64,000 bases of DNA, from contig JALVSY010000007.1 in the NCBI GenBank assembly GCA_027036135.1, positions 388,880 through 452,879 on the forward strand. The letters run 5' to 3'. The notes beneath the pieces are model-generated. The model was not told the DNA's origin. It searched no databases and saw only the letters and a list, made by a program, of their open reading frames with translations. Source of the stretch: Pyrodictiaceae archaeon (lineage in GTDB: Archaea > Thermoproteota > Thermoprotei_A > Sulfolobales > Pyrodictiaceae). This document shows, piece by piece, positions 10,092 through 18,806 of the stretch (position 1 is its first letter; the number at the start of each line of letters is the position of its first letter). The position numbers and the translations under genes are program-made.

Positions 10092-10428
10092 AGTCTTGGA
10101 AGGGAACAAGTCTCTAGGCCTTGATTATGTGCCGGATGACGTATTAGAGGAGGTTTTGCAAGAAGAAGAGAAACTTAGGCAAAAACATAAGAAGAAATAT
10201 CCATACCCAAGTTCGAGAGATGTTGTTAACGCCGTTATCGAGGCTGTTAGGAGTTTTAGTGGTCATCCAGACGAGTTCCCGGATCACGTGATAGAGCTGC
10301 TCAGGGATAAAGGGTTCGATACAAGGCATGTAACTATTAAGCGTATATGGAGAACGTATGAGCTCCTTGTGAGAAAAGGAGTTATATCTGACCGCTTAGG
10401 TGTCGTGATCAGAGATTATGAGGATTGA
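10015..10428 (+). CDS. Conserved hypothetical protein (true start probably TTG near 10096)
   Basis: HPDEFPDHV...TIKRIWRTYELLVRKGVISDRL. Confidence 0.75.
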   Translation: MSAYPREENFGGDSSTLLGLGKEGDKVLEGNKSLGLDYVPDDVLEEVLQEEEKLRQKHKKKYPYPSSRDVVNAVIEAVRSFSGHPDEFPDHVIELLRDKGFDTRHVTIKRIWRTYELLVRKGVISDRLGVVIRDYED

Positions 10429-10489
10429 TGCCACAATAGAGTTTATCTTATTAGTGTACTATTCCTCTTAGACACTGGCGGGGAATAAG

Positions 10490-10924
10490 GTGCGGGTGCT
10501 AATAAAGCACGGCGATGTATGGTTGCAGTTAAAGGAAGTCTATGTTCTTCAGAGGAGACCTCGGAAACGTGGACGAAAAAGCGCCTCGTCAAGGGCATCG
10601 CCTTATGGAATGGTTGCTGAAAGCGTAGACAAAATCAACGTCAATGGATACAAGTATAGTGAAGCAATAATAGTTCCGGCTAGCAAGGTTAGTAGGTTTG
10701 CTTCGCGTGCTCACCTTACCCCTCTCGATGCGGTTGTAGTTATAGAGCCCGAGGCCGCGGATAAATATAGGGCAACTATATATGCACGGTCTAAGAGGGA
10801 GCTAGAGGCTGCTAGAGAGGCAGCGTTGAAGATTCTATCATCACTATACTCGAGGCGTGGGGCAGGGGAAGAGGAAGCCGAAGAGGAGAGTGAAGAGGAA
10901 AGTGAGTCAGAGGAGGAAGAATGA
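10490..10924 (+). CDS. Hypothetical protein, basic N-terminus and acidic tail
   Basis: RRPRKRGRK patch and poly-Glu C-terminus. Confidence 0.75.
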   Translation: MRVLIKHGDVWLQLKEVYVLQRRPRKRGRKSASSRASPYGMVAESVDKINVNGYKYSEAIIVPASKVSRFASRAHLTPLDAVVVIEPEAADKYRATIYARSKRELEAAREAALKILSSLYSRRGAGEEEAEEESEEESESEEEE

Positions 10925-11279
10925 GTGTGAGATATGTGGTGCGCCTGCGAGCCATGTTTGCCCCATATGCGGCCGTGTTGTATGTGATAGGCATTGGGCT
11001 GGAGATAAGTGCATAATATGTGCCGAAACCATCTGCGCAATATGTGGGAAGAGACTATCCATCGCGACATGCGCTATATGTGGTAGACCCGTTTGCGAAG
11101 AGTGTTCCATACAAGTTAACCCCGTTGTCCGTGTATGTGTTAAGTGTGCGGAAAAGTATAGCATAGGGACCGGGGCCAGGGACTGGCCTCCCAGGGACAT
11201 TGTAGAGCTAGAGCTTAGGAAACTCTCAACTCGGCTAGAGGAGTTCGTTAAGAAATGGAGACTAGTCGCTAGGTCTTAG
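10857..11279 (+). CDS. Multi-CxxC zinc-binding protein (start likely GTG 10890 or 10902)
   Basis: Repeated CxICG / CxxC(H) motifs. Confidence 0.8.
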   Translation: MGQGKRKPKRRVKRKVSQRRKNECEICGAPASHVCPICGRVVCDRHWAGDKCIICAETICAICGKRLSIATCAICGRPVCEECSIQVNPVVRVCVKCAEKYSIGTGARDWPPRDIVELELRKLSTRLEEFVKKWRLVARS

Positions 11280-12230
11280 AAATGAGTCTAGTCTCCTAGC
11301 TTCTCTCCTAGCCAGCTGTACACGGTTAGGAATTAGGTGAGAGCCGTCACATGTAGGCGCGGTATGTAGGTGTGCGAATCCCTCGCGGCATGTAGCGTAC
11401 TCCATTCCTAGCCTCAGAGCTTCCTCTCTTACAGTCAATAGTATACGTTTCCTTACTTCTAGAGGCAGGTATCTATATCCATACAAGCGTTCTCCTTTAA
11501 TCTTATAGAGTTCTTTATACTTTTTCTCAAGCTCTGGAAACGCCTCTATTATTCTCTTGAAGTTATCTGGCTTTGCTTTATAAGTTGAGGTTACGACGAA
11601 GCGGGCGCCAGCTAAACGAGCTGCCTCCAGTACTTCCCTTATACTATCTCTCGAGTCATTGAGAAAAGGAAGTATGGGGTCAAGTCTTATACCAACAGGT
11701 ACCCCATTGCTCGATAGTTCTTCCAAAGCCCGTATACGTAAACGAGGCAGCGAGGCTCCTGGCTCAAGTTTCCTAGCTAGAGACGTGTTGAGAGTGGTTA
11801 TTGTCATTGTTACAGCAGCGTTTCCTTTGGAGAGTAGCTCCTTGTCTCTAGCAACTAGGGCGCCCTTCGTTATTATGAGCACCTTAAATCCTCTTGGCAG
11901 GAGTTGCTCGAGGCTCCACCTAGTTAGCTGATATTGTTCCTCTTCTGGGGGGTAAGGATCGCTGCTTGTAGAAATATCTATGTGGTAACGCGGATCAATA
12001 ACGTGGGCAATGTCGTATAGTAACCTTTTTTTGTAATCCTTCTTCGGCGTACTTGGTCTAAGCCCGATATATGATGTGGCATAGCAATAGAGGCAGAAAT
12101 GGCTACAACCGGTGTATGGGTTAAGGGAGTACTTAGGTGGACATGTGCAGAGAGGGTTGCCCCAAGGATCAAACGCGTTTACTACCTTGCCGCTCCTAAG
12201 TAGCGTTCTTCTCCTAGTAGCGCTGGGCAT
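11262..12230 (-). CDS. SPL-family radical SAM protein (COG1533)
   Basis: LNPYTGCSHFCLYCYA, SDPYPPEE, LEPGAS. Confidence 0.9.
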   Translation of the reverse strand: MPSATRRRTLLRSGKVVNAFDPWGNPLCTCPPKYSLNPYTGCSHFCLYCYATSYIGLRPSTPKKDYKKRLLYDIAHVIDPRYHIDISTSSDPYPPEEEQYQLTRWSLEQLLPRGFKVLIITKGALVARDKELLSKGNAAVTMTITTLNTSLARKLEPGASLPRLRIRALEELSSNGVPVGIRLDPILPFLNDSRDSIREVLEAARLAGARFVVTSTYKAKPDNFKRIIEAFPELEKKYKELYKIKGERLYGYRYLPLEVRKRILLTVREEALRLGMEYATCREGFAHLHTAPTCDGSHLIPNRVQLARREARRLDSFLRPSD

Positions 12231-12285
12231 TCCTCTGTCAGGTCCCCGCTACCCGAGGACTATGTATCTCTAGTTAGCGGGTGTC

Positions 12286-12888
12286 TTAGAGCTCTATATT
12301 TGCGTGTTTTGCTCGAAGGTCTTTCTCACTTTTGCCGAGGCGGTGCATGAGCTCTACTGTGACTCCGTCGAGGAAAACCATTGCTGTGTCCTCAAATAGT
12401 GTCCCTAGGGGTGCTAGGGGCTCGTGTATACCGAGTATCTGTCTAGCAAAGTAATCTATATCGGGTGCAAGCTTCGTCCTTCCAGGTATTTCTACAACAA
12501 TGTCTGCTAGCTTGGCTAATGGGCTATCAATATAGCTTGTGATTGCTATTATCTTCGCTTTTACCTTCTTAGCCGCCTCCGCGGCTGTTACTATTAGCTG
12601 TGTGCGGCCCGAGCCAGATATAGCAACAACAACGTCGTTCTCACCTATACTGGGTGTAATAGTTTCACCGAGAACATAGACGTTAAACCCTAGGTGCATA
12701 AGCCTCATTGCAAAAGCTCTTCCAACGAGTCCACTTCTACCAGCACCCATGACAAGGACCTTGCGCCCATTCCTATACGCATCAACAAGAGTGTCAATCA
12801 TGGCTCTTACTTCATCGTCTTTAAGCCTCTCTATTACCTTGTCGATGAATATCACTATTTCCTTCATAGTCTTTTTGACATACTCCAT
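12286..12888 (-). CDS. hxlB: 6-phospho-3-hexuloisomerase (SIS domain)
   Basis: [38 protein letters not shown]. Confidence 0.95.
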   Translation of the reverse strand: MEYVKKTMKEIVIFIDKVIERLKDDEVRAMIDTLVDAYRNGRKVLVMGAGRSGLVGRAFAMRLMHLGFNVYVLGETITPSIGENDVVVAISGSGRTQLIVTAAEAAKKVKAKIIAITSYIDSPLAKLADIVVEIPGRTKLAPDIDYFARQILGIHEPLAPLGTLFEDTAMVFLDGVTVELMHRLGKSEKDLRAKHANIEL

Positions 12889-13099
12889 TAATAGCCCCCC
12901 ACAAGCTCCTCCATCATATGGCTCCCAGTAGTCAATAAATTATTTTCACTGCCAGATGGTAAGACGAGCAATGGTATCTGCGTCAACTTTTTATCCAGTA
13001 GGGATCATCAAGCGATGCAATGGCTATAGCAGTGTGGCACCCCCAAAGAAGCAAGGTACTTGGAGCTCGGAATGAAGGGAAAAGGAAGGGTGGTTAGTT

Positions 13100-16072
13100 A
13101 TTGCTTCGTCACCAGTTACTAGAAAAGAACCCATTAATGAGTACGCAAAATACCTCTTCGAAGTAGCGCAGAAATGGCAAAAGGCCTGGAGAGAAGCAAG
13201 GATACTTGAAGCAGACATAGATGAGACTAGGCCCAAATTCTTCCTAACAGCGGCCTTCCCATACCCTAATAGCCCGCTACACCTTGGACACGGAAGAACA
13301 TATACAATAACTGATGCATACGCCCGCTATCTAAGAATGAAGGGATACAATGTATTATTCCCAATGGGATTCCATTACACTGGCACGCCAATCCTAACAA
13401 TGGCTGAGCAAATAGCCGCTGGAGACCGGGAGCTAATAGACCTCATGATAAATGTTTATGATGTACCGCCAGAGGATATTGAGAAGCTAAAAGACCCGTT
13501 ATCGCTTGCTAGGTACTTCCATAATGATGCAAAAACAGCTATGAGTGAGATGGGTTATAGCATCGATTGGCGAAGAGAGTTCACTACAATAGATCCCGAA
13601 TTTAAGCGCTTCATTATCTGGCAGTTTACGAAGCTTAAGGAAAAAGGCCTACTAACCAAGGGCACTCACCCTGTTGGTTGGTGCCCGCGACACAATATGC
13701 CAGTCGGGATGCATGATACCAAGGGCGATGTTGAGCCAGAGATAGGGGAGTTTACTCTAATACTATTCCAACTAGATGACTCAAGTTACCTACCCGCCGC
13801 AACACTACGCCCGGAGACAGTCTTTGGAGTCACTAATATATGGGTAAACCCGGAGGCAGAGTACGTCTTTGTCGAGATAGATGGCAAGAAATACGTTGTA
13901 AGCAAACGTGCAGCTTTCAAGCTAAGGTTCCAGAGGGATAACGTAAAGGAAGGCAAGATAATTAAAGGAAGCGACTTGATAGGAAAACAAGTACTTAATC
14001 CGGCAACTGGTGAGAAGGTACCGATACTCCCAGCAAAATTCGTTGACCCTGACACGGCTACAGGTGTTGTAATGAGTGTACCTGCTCACGCACCCTACGA
14101 CTACGTAGCTCTTAAGGAGTTACTTGAGAAAAATAAAGAATTGTTAGAAAAACTTGGAATAGACGCAACGAGGCTTTCACCAATTCCCCTCATACGTGTT
14201 CCGGGTTATAGCGAGATACCCGCAAAAGATATCGTTGAGAAGATGGGAGTAAAGAGCCAGCTCGATACAAGACTCCTGGATGAGGCAACTAAGAAGCTCT
14301 ATAGCGATGAATTCAACAAGGGTGTTATGAGGGAAGATATAGTAAATAGAGTGTACCGGGATGTACCTGAACAATATAGGAAGTTTATAGTAGCAGCAAT
14401 AAAGTCGTGGATAGTTGGTCGCTCCGTGAAGGAAGCGAGGGATGCTACAACTAGCTGGTTAAATGCACTCGGCTACGCGGATAAGATGTACGAGATACTC
14501 AATAAGCCTGTCTATTGCCGCTGCGGGACAGAGATAGTAGTAAAGGTGCTAAAGGACCAGTGGTTCATAAACTATGGCGATAAGGAGTGGAAGGCAAAGG
14601 TTCTAGAACTACTAGGCAGCATGAGAATTGTTCCGGAGATAATGAGAGAAGAATTCATCAAGGTAATTGATTGGTTGCATGAACGCGCAGCAGCCCGTAC
14701 AAGGGGCCTCGGTACAGAGCTACCCTGGGCTAAGGGATGGATAATAGAGAGTTTAAGCGATTCAACAATATACATGGCATTCTATACCGTTATACATAAG
14801 ATAAGAGCCTATGATCTCAAGCCCGAGCAACTATCAATAGAGTTCTGGGACTATGTGCTCCTAGGTAGAGGCGATCCAAGGAAAGTATCAAAGGAGACTG
14901 GTATACCACTAGGAATCCTCGAAGAATTGCGCAGAGAATTTGACTACTGGTATCCACTAGACTCAAGACATAGTGGCCGCGACCTAGTACCCAACCATCT
15001 AACATTCTTCCTATTCAACCACGCAGCTATATTTCCGAAGGAGAAGTGGCCTCGGCAAATAGTAGTAAATGGCTTCGTGTTACTAGAAGGAAAGAAGATG
15101 AGCAAGAGCCTACGAAACATAGTGCCGCTAAGGAGAGCACTAAGAGTATATGGTGTCGACACTGTTAGGGCGACTCTCCTAGCAGCTGCGGAGATTCTAC
15201 AAGACGCTAACTTCACAGAGGACCTAGCAAAGAGTGTAATGTCGCAACTAAGGAAAATAGAGGATATAGTGGCTAGAGTCCAAGAAGCTGATACAGAAAC
15301 AAAGCTCATAGATAGATGGTTGCTGAGCAGATTACAGAGCCACATAAACCACGTTAGCAAGTCTTTCGATGAGCTAAGAATCAGGGCTGCGACCATAAGG
15401 GTGCTCTACGAGATGGAGAACGATGCTGAGAAATATCTCGAGATACGCGGGCACCCGGGACCTGCACTTAAGGAATACGTATCCGCGTGGATAAAGATGC
15501 TAACTCCAATAGCGCCTCACTTGGCTGAAGAGCTCTGGCACAAGCTAGGCAATAAGACGTTCGTCTCGCTGGAGCACTGGCCTGTAGCTGATAAGTCTAG
15601 GATAGATGATATCGCGGAACTCACAGTAGCATATATCAACAAAGTGATAGATGATATAAAGTCTATACTACGTGTATACAAGGGTACGGCATCCAAAGCA
15701 TTAATTATAACAGCTAGGCCGAGTGACTGGGTATACGCATCAATAACTGCTTCTATGATTTTAGAGAAGAGGCAGCTCCGTGATATAATACGCGAATTGA
15801 TAGCTAAAGGGGTACCCGGTGCAACAGCAGCTAAACTAGCGAAGAGGCTATATGAACATCTAAGAGGATTAGACGAGGAAGCGTTAAGAAAAATAGCGTC
15901 AGTTAAAGAATTCAATGAAAAGGAGGTTCTTGAAGAATTCAAGGAATATGTAGCAAGAAAGACTGGTATCCGTGAAATAAAAGTCGTTATCGTTGATGAG
16001 GCGCCGTTGAGTGCTCCACGCCAAAAGATAGAAGCGGCAATACCATCACGTCCAGCAATTATCATAGAATAG
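13100..16072 (+). CDS. leuS: Leucine--tRNA ligase; probable non-canonical ATT start at 13100
   Basis: Frame is open upstream of ATG 13337 and holds AFPYPNSPLHLGH (HIGH motif); KMSKS and CP1 editing motifs (ATLRPET, GTG-like ATGVVMSVPAHAPYD) lie downstream. Confidence 0.92.
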   Translation: MASSPVTRKEPINEYAKYLFEVAQKWQKAWREARILEADIDETRPKFFLTAAFPYPNSPLHLGHGRTYTITDAYARYLRMKGYNVLFPMGFHYTGTPILTMAEQIAAGDRELIDLMINVYDVPPEDIEKLKDPLSLARYFHNDAKTAMSEMGYSIDWRREFTTIDPEFKRFIIWQFTKLKEKGLLTKGTHPVGWCPRHNMPVGMHDTKGDVEPEIGEFTLILFQLDDSSYLPAATLRPETVFGVTNIWVNPEAEYVFVEIDGKKYVVSKRAAFKLRFQRDNVKEGKIIKGSDLIGKQVLNPATGEKVPILPAKFVDPDTATGVVMSVPAHAPYDYVALKELLEKNKELLEKLGIDATRLSPIPLIRVPGYSEIPAKDIVEKMGVKSQLDTRLLDEATKKLYSDEFNKGVMREDIVNRVYRDVPEQYRKFIVAAIKSWIVGRSVKEARDATTSWLNALGYADKMYEILNKPVYCRCGTEIVVKVLKDQWFINYGDKEWKAKVLELLGSMRIVPEIMREEFIKVIDWLHERAAARTRGLGTELPWAKGWIIESLSDSTIYMAFYTVIHKIRAYDLKPEQLSIEFWDYVLLGRGDPRKVSKETGIPLGILEELRREFDYWYPLDSRHSGRDLVPNHLTFFLFNHAAIFPKEKWPRQIVVNGFVLLEGKKMSKSLRNIVPLRRALRVYGVDTVRATLLAAAEILQDANFTEDLAKSVMSQLRKIEDIVARVQEADTETKLIDRWLLSRLQSHINHVSKSFDELRIRAATIRVLYEMENDAEKYLEIRGHPGPALKEYVSAWIKMLTPIAPHLAEELWHKLGNKTFVSLEHWPVADKSRIDDIAELTVAYINKVIDDIKSILRVYKGTASKALIITARPSDWVYASITASMILEKRQLRDIIRELIAKGVPGATAAKLAKRLYEHLRGLDEEALRKIASVKEFNEKEVLEEFKEYVARKTGIREIKVVIVDEAPLSAPRQKIEAAIPSRPAIIIE

Positions 16073-16702
16073 CTATAGTTCGTGAATACGTATTTTCTTA
16101 TTCTTAACATCTATATCTATACAGCCTTTTTCTGACAAGCTAGCTATAATCTCCCGTGCCCTAGTTTTTGGTATTCCTAAGTCTATTGATAAAGCCTCAA
16201 TAGCCTCTCTAAGCAGTATTTCACCTAGCCCAAAGTATTTCTTAAGAATTTCAAGAGCAGTTATGTCTTTACAAGGACTAGGAGATCTTATGATATTATA
16301 ATTATTATCTATCGTTACATATTCCCTAAGAGTAGTATTGTTTAAATGAATCAGTAAAAGATATGTGCCCTGAGAAGCTCTTTTAACATCTACTTTTTCT
16401 AATCCACAGCTCCTATAATTTCTTATAATGGTGCCAGCTGCCAGTATGAGCCCCTCTGTGCACGTTCCCGGGCACCATAATAATGCATAGTTATTCTCGT
16501 TGTAGCATTCTTTGCAACTTTTGACTATTTCCTCGTTTAGTACGCTTAAAGCAATTCCTCTTAACGTGTCATAGGCGCAGATGGTAAAGTCCCTGAAAAT
16601 GCTAGCTGCGTACTTGGCAAGAGCTAGCGCTAGTCGTTGAGGAGACTTGGGCATGTATAGCCTGTGTCGCTTATCTAGAACCGAGAGAATCAGTGGTTTC
16701 AT
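16073..16702 (-). CDS. Hypothetical protein with C-terminal wHTH-like segment
   Basis: 209-aa AT-rich ORF. Confidence 0.6.
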   Translation of the reverse strand: MKPLILSVLDKRHRLYMPKSPQRLALALAKYAASIFRDFTICAYDTLRGIALSVLNEEIVKSCKECYNENNYALLWCPGTCTEGLILAAGTIIRNYRSCGLEKVDVKRASQGTYLLLIHLNNTTLREYVTIDNNYNIIRSPSPCKDITALEILKKYFGLGEILLREAIEALSIDLGIPKTRAREIIASLSEKGCIDIDVKNKKIRIHEL

Positions 16703-16730
16703 TCCTATCCCCGTGCCATACCATACTCGG

Positions 16731-16795
16731 GGCCGGGATCAGCGTAGCTCAGCTTCCTCACCGCTCAGCGTTCGTTCCCTCGTCATATCCCAGCC
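16731..16795 (-). ncRNA. Box C/D sRNA (D guide matches tRNA D-arm)
   Basis: C ATGACGA, D' CTGA, C' GTGAGGA, D CTGA, long terminal stem GGCTGGGAT/ATCCCGGCC; guide AGCTGAGCTACG. Confidence 0.9.
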
Positions 16796-16871
16796 AAATA
16801 AATAATCAAGTACTGGTATAACTTCATAAATTCAGCGCGGTGCACTAGGTTAGAAGCAACGCTGTTCCAAT

Positions 16872-16943
16872 TATCGTGATGAATAAGAGGGTCTCTGATT
16901 CATCGAGTAATGGGGTAGTGATGAGCGCCGGATAATGCTGATA
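16872..16943 (+). ncRNA. Box C/D sRNA
   Basis: Consensus C GTGATGA, D' CTGA, C' GTGATGA, D CTGA; D' guide TAAGAGGGTC is antisense to archaeal 23S helix 69 GACCCTCTTA. Confidence 0.92.
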
Positions 16944-17020
16944 CAAATCCTGGGCGTGCCTCATATATGTCTTGATACTATACGCTTTTAATTAACCTAT
17001 GGTTTTATGCTGTTTTAGAA

Positions 17021-17087
17021 TGGAGGCCTCGCAACAGCTCCGTAGGGAGCAGGATGAGCGGGGCCGGGACGTATTCACCGCGCCTCC
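17021..17087 (+). ncRNA. Atypical H/ACA-like guide RNA candidate (16S-antisense)
   Basis: GGCCTCGC/GCGGGGCC stem, GGATGA motif, GCTCC-GTAG-GGAGC apical hairpin, 17-nt GGGACGTATTCACCGCG antisense to 16S; TTTTAATTA TATA-like element about 30 nt upstream. Confidence 0.65.
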
Positions 17088-17111
17088 TATCCTCTTCGTT
17101 TTCATCAAACG

Positions 17112-17837
17112 ATGAAAAAGGGATGGTGGGCTCTAGTGTTGACGATAATGGCTACATCGGATGTTCATAGTCCGAGATTCTTGTTGCATTACATGGGCGC
17201 TTTGAGTAAGCATCGTGAAGAATGTAATAGAGTTGAACTTGTGCTTTGGGCCGGAGATATGGTTGAGAAAGGCAATGTTGGGGCCCTTAGGAGCGTTTTA
17301 GAAGCAACCAAACGTATTTGTAATCGGGCTAGAATAGTAGCAGTATTCGGCAACGAGGAGTTCATGGATAGGGAGCACGAGTTTGTTAAAAGTTATCCTG
17401 AGATAGTCTGGCTTAATGACAGTTACTATATTTTTGTCTCGTCAAAGGGCGAGGAGATAGCAATATATGGTACAAGGGGCTCATTAGACAGACCGACAAG
17501 GTGGCAGCGAAAACACATACCGGGTATTGAAAGAATTTATAAAGAGCGTGTAGAGAGGCTTAGAAAAATAGTCAAGGAGCTGAAAAAGAACTATGATAAA
17601 GTTGTAGTGCTCACGCACTATGCGCCAACCTATGTCACCCTAGAAGGCGAAGATAGAAGAATATGGCCCGAGGTTGGTAGCCTATTAATGGAGGCAGCCA
17701 TAAAAGAGGTAAAACCCGCAATCGTTATACACGGTCATGCTCATAACTCTAAGAGGCTTGAAGCGTATATTGACGGTGTGCGTGTGGTTAATGTTGCTTT
17801 TCCCGCGCGAAAAGACGTAGTGATACTAGGTCTCTAG
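17112..17837 (+). CDS. Metallophosphoesterase (calcineurin-like)
   Basis: SDVH, AGD, GNEE, THYAP, HGHAH motifs. Confidence 0.9.
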   Translation: MKKGWWALVLTIMATSDVHSPRFLLHYMGALSKHREECNRVELVLWAGDMVEKGNVGALRSVLEATKRICNRARIVAVFGNEEFMDREHEFVKSYPEIVWLNDSYYIFVSSKGEEIAIYGTRGSLDRPTRWQRKHIPGIERIYKERVERLRKIVKELKKNYDKVVVLTHYAPTYVTLEGEDRRIWPEVGSLLMEAAIKEVKPAIVIHGHAHNSKRLEAYIDGVRVVNVAFPARKDVVILGL

Positions 17838-17899
17838 CCGATGATACAGGGCCGCCTTTGCTGAAGACAATATGATGAATCTTTTACGGCGTTGAGGCT
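17836..17899 (+). ncRNA. Box C/D sRNA
   Basis: C-like GATGATA, D' CTGA, C' ATGATGA, D TTGA, AGCC/GGCT stem. Confidence 0.75.
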
Positions 17900-17957
17900 C
17901 AGACAGCCGCCACACCGTCATCGCTGCCTCATTGATGTCGGGATGGTCATCACAGCC
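17896..17957 (-). ncRNA. Box C/D sRNA, convergent with the previous one
   Basis: C GTGATGA, D' ATGA, C' ATGACGG, D CTGA, GGCT/AGCC stem; guide GTGGCGGCTG pairs with 16S CAGCCGCCGC. Confidence 0.85.
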
Positions 17958-18038
17958 TAGGTACTTGTTAACTCTACTAAGACTAATTTAAGTCTCTGTG
18001 TCTACTTAGGTGCAGAAGTAAACTGGGTGGCGAGATAA

Positions 18039-18800
18039 TTGACAATGATGATTGATATTCATAGTCATATACACGAGTTCGATGTTGAAGAGCTAAAGGC
18101 CTTACTCAATCAAGCAGAGAATATAGTCATAGTTGGTGTAGGCGACGATCTAGAAAGTTCTAAGAAAGTCATAGAGTTATCCAAGAATTATAATCAGATA
18201 GCACCATGTATTGGTCTTCATCCATGGAGTGTTAAGAGGAAAGAATCAATTAAGGAGGCTTTGCTAATAGTTAAGCTAGCGCTTGAGAACAATATAAAGT
18301 GTCTAGGAGAAGTAGGTCTTGACACGAAATTCGTGCCTCAGACGATAGAGCTGCAACGAGAGGTTTTCAAGGTATTTCTTGAAGCGGCGCGCGATCACGA
18401 TATGTTCCTTAACCTACATACAGCTGGGACCTGGGAGGAAGTATTCAATCTACTAGTTCGATACGATATAGGTGCAGCTAATTTCCACTGGTATACAGGG
18501 CCTAGAACATTACTCAAAGATATAGAGGCACATGGCTACACGATATCCATTAACCCGGCAGTAAAGATACAGAAAAAACATCAAGAAATAGTACAAGTAG
18601 CGCCGATCGAGATAATGCTTACAGAATCCGATTCACCTTATGAGTATAGAGGCTTAAGATTAACGCCATTAATGATAAGCGAAACACTGAGAATTATAGC
18701 AAATATCAAGGCGTTGGGGGTAGAAGAAACTGCTAAAAGTATTTGGGACAACTTTGTCAAAAAATACCTAAAATATTTTGATAATTGGCTAAAGCTTTAA
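18039..18800 (+). CDS. TatD-family hydrolase
   Basis: DIHSH, GLHPW, GEVGLD, FHWYTG, LTESDSPY. Confidence 0.93.
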   Translation: MTMMIDIHSHIHEFDVEELKALLNQAENIVIVGVGDDLESSKKVIELSKNYNQIAPCIGLHPWSVKRKESIKEALLIVKLALENNIKCLGEVGLDTKFVPQTIELQREVFKVFLEAARDHDMFLNLHTAGTWEEVFNLLVRYDIGAANFHWYTGPRTLLKDIEAHGYTISINPAVKIQKKHQEIVQVAPIEIMLTESDSPYEYRGLRLTPLMISETLRIIANIKALGVEETAKSIWDNFVKKYLKYFDNWLKL

Positions 18801-18806
18801 GAAAAA

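Noticed and set aside
10861-10924. GA-rich repeat-like tract
   Set aside because: Simply encodes the poly-Glu tail
12930-13015. Minus-strand TTGATGA...TTGA...GTGAAAA...TTGA
   Set aside because: Boxes degenerate, guide lengths irregular; overlaps the expected hxlB promoter
15517-16110. Long antisense ORFs (also 14944..15396, 24958..25428, 51358..51894, 62555..62986)
   Set aside because: Shadow frames opposite well-supported genes, with no recognisable motifs
17099-17118. TTTTCATC-AAAC-GATGAAAA inverted repeat
   Set aside because: Single short hairpin; cannot distinguish operator, RNA end or chance
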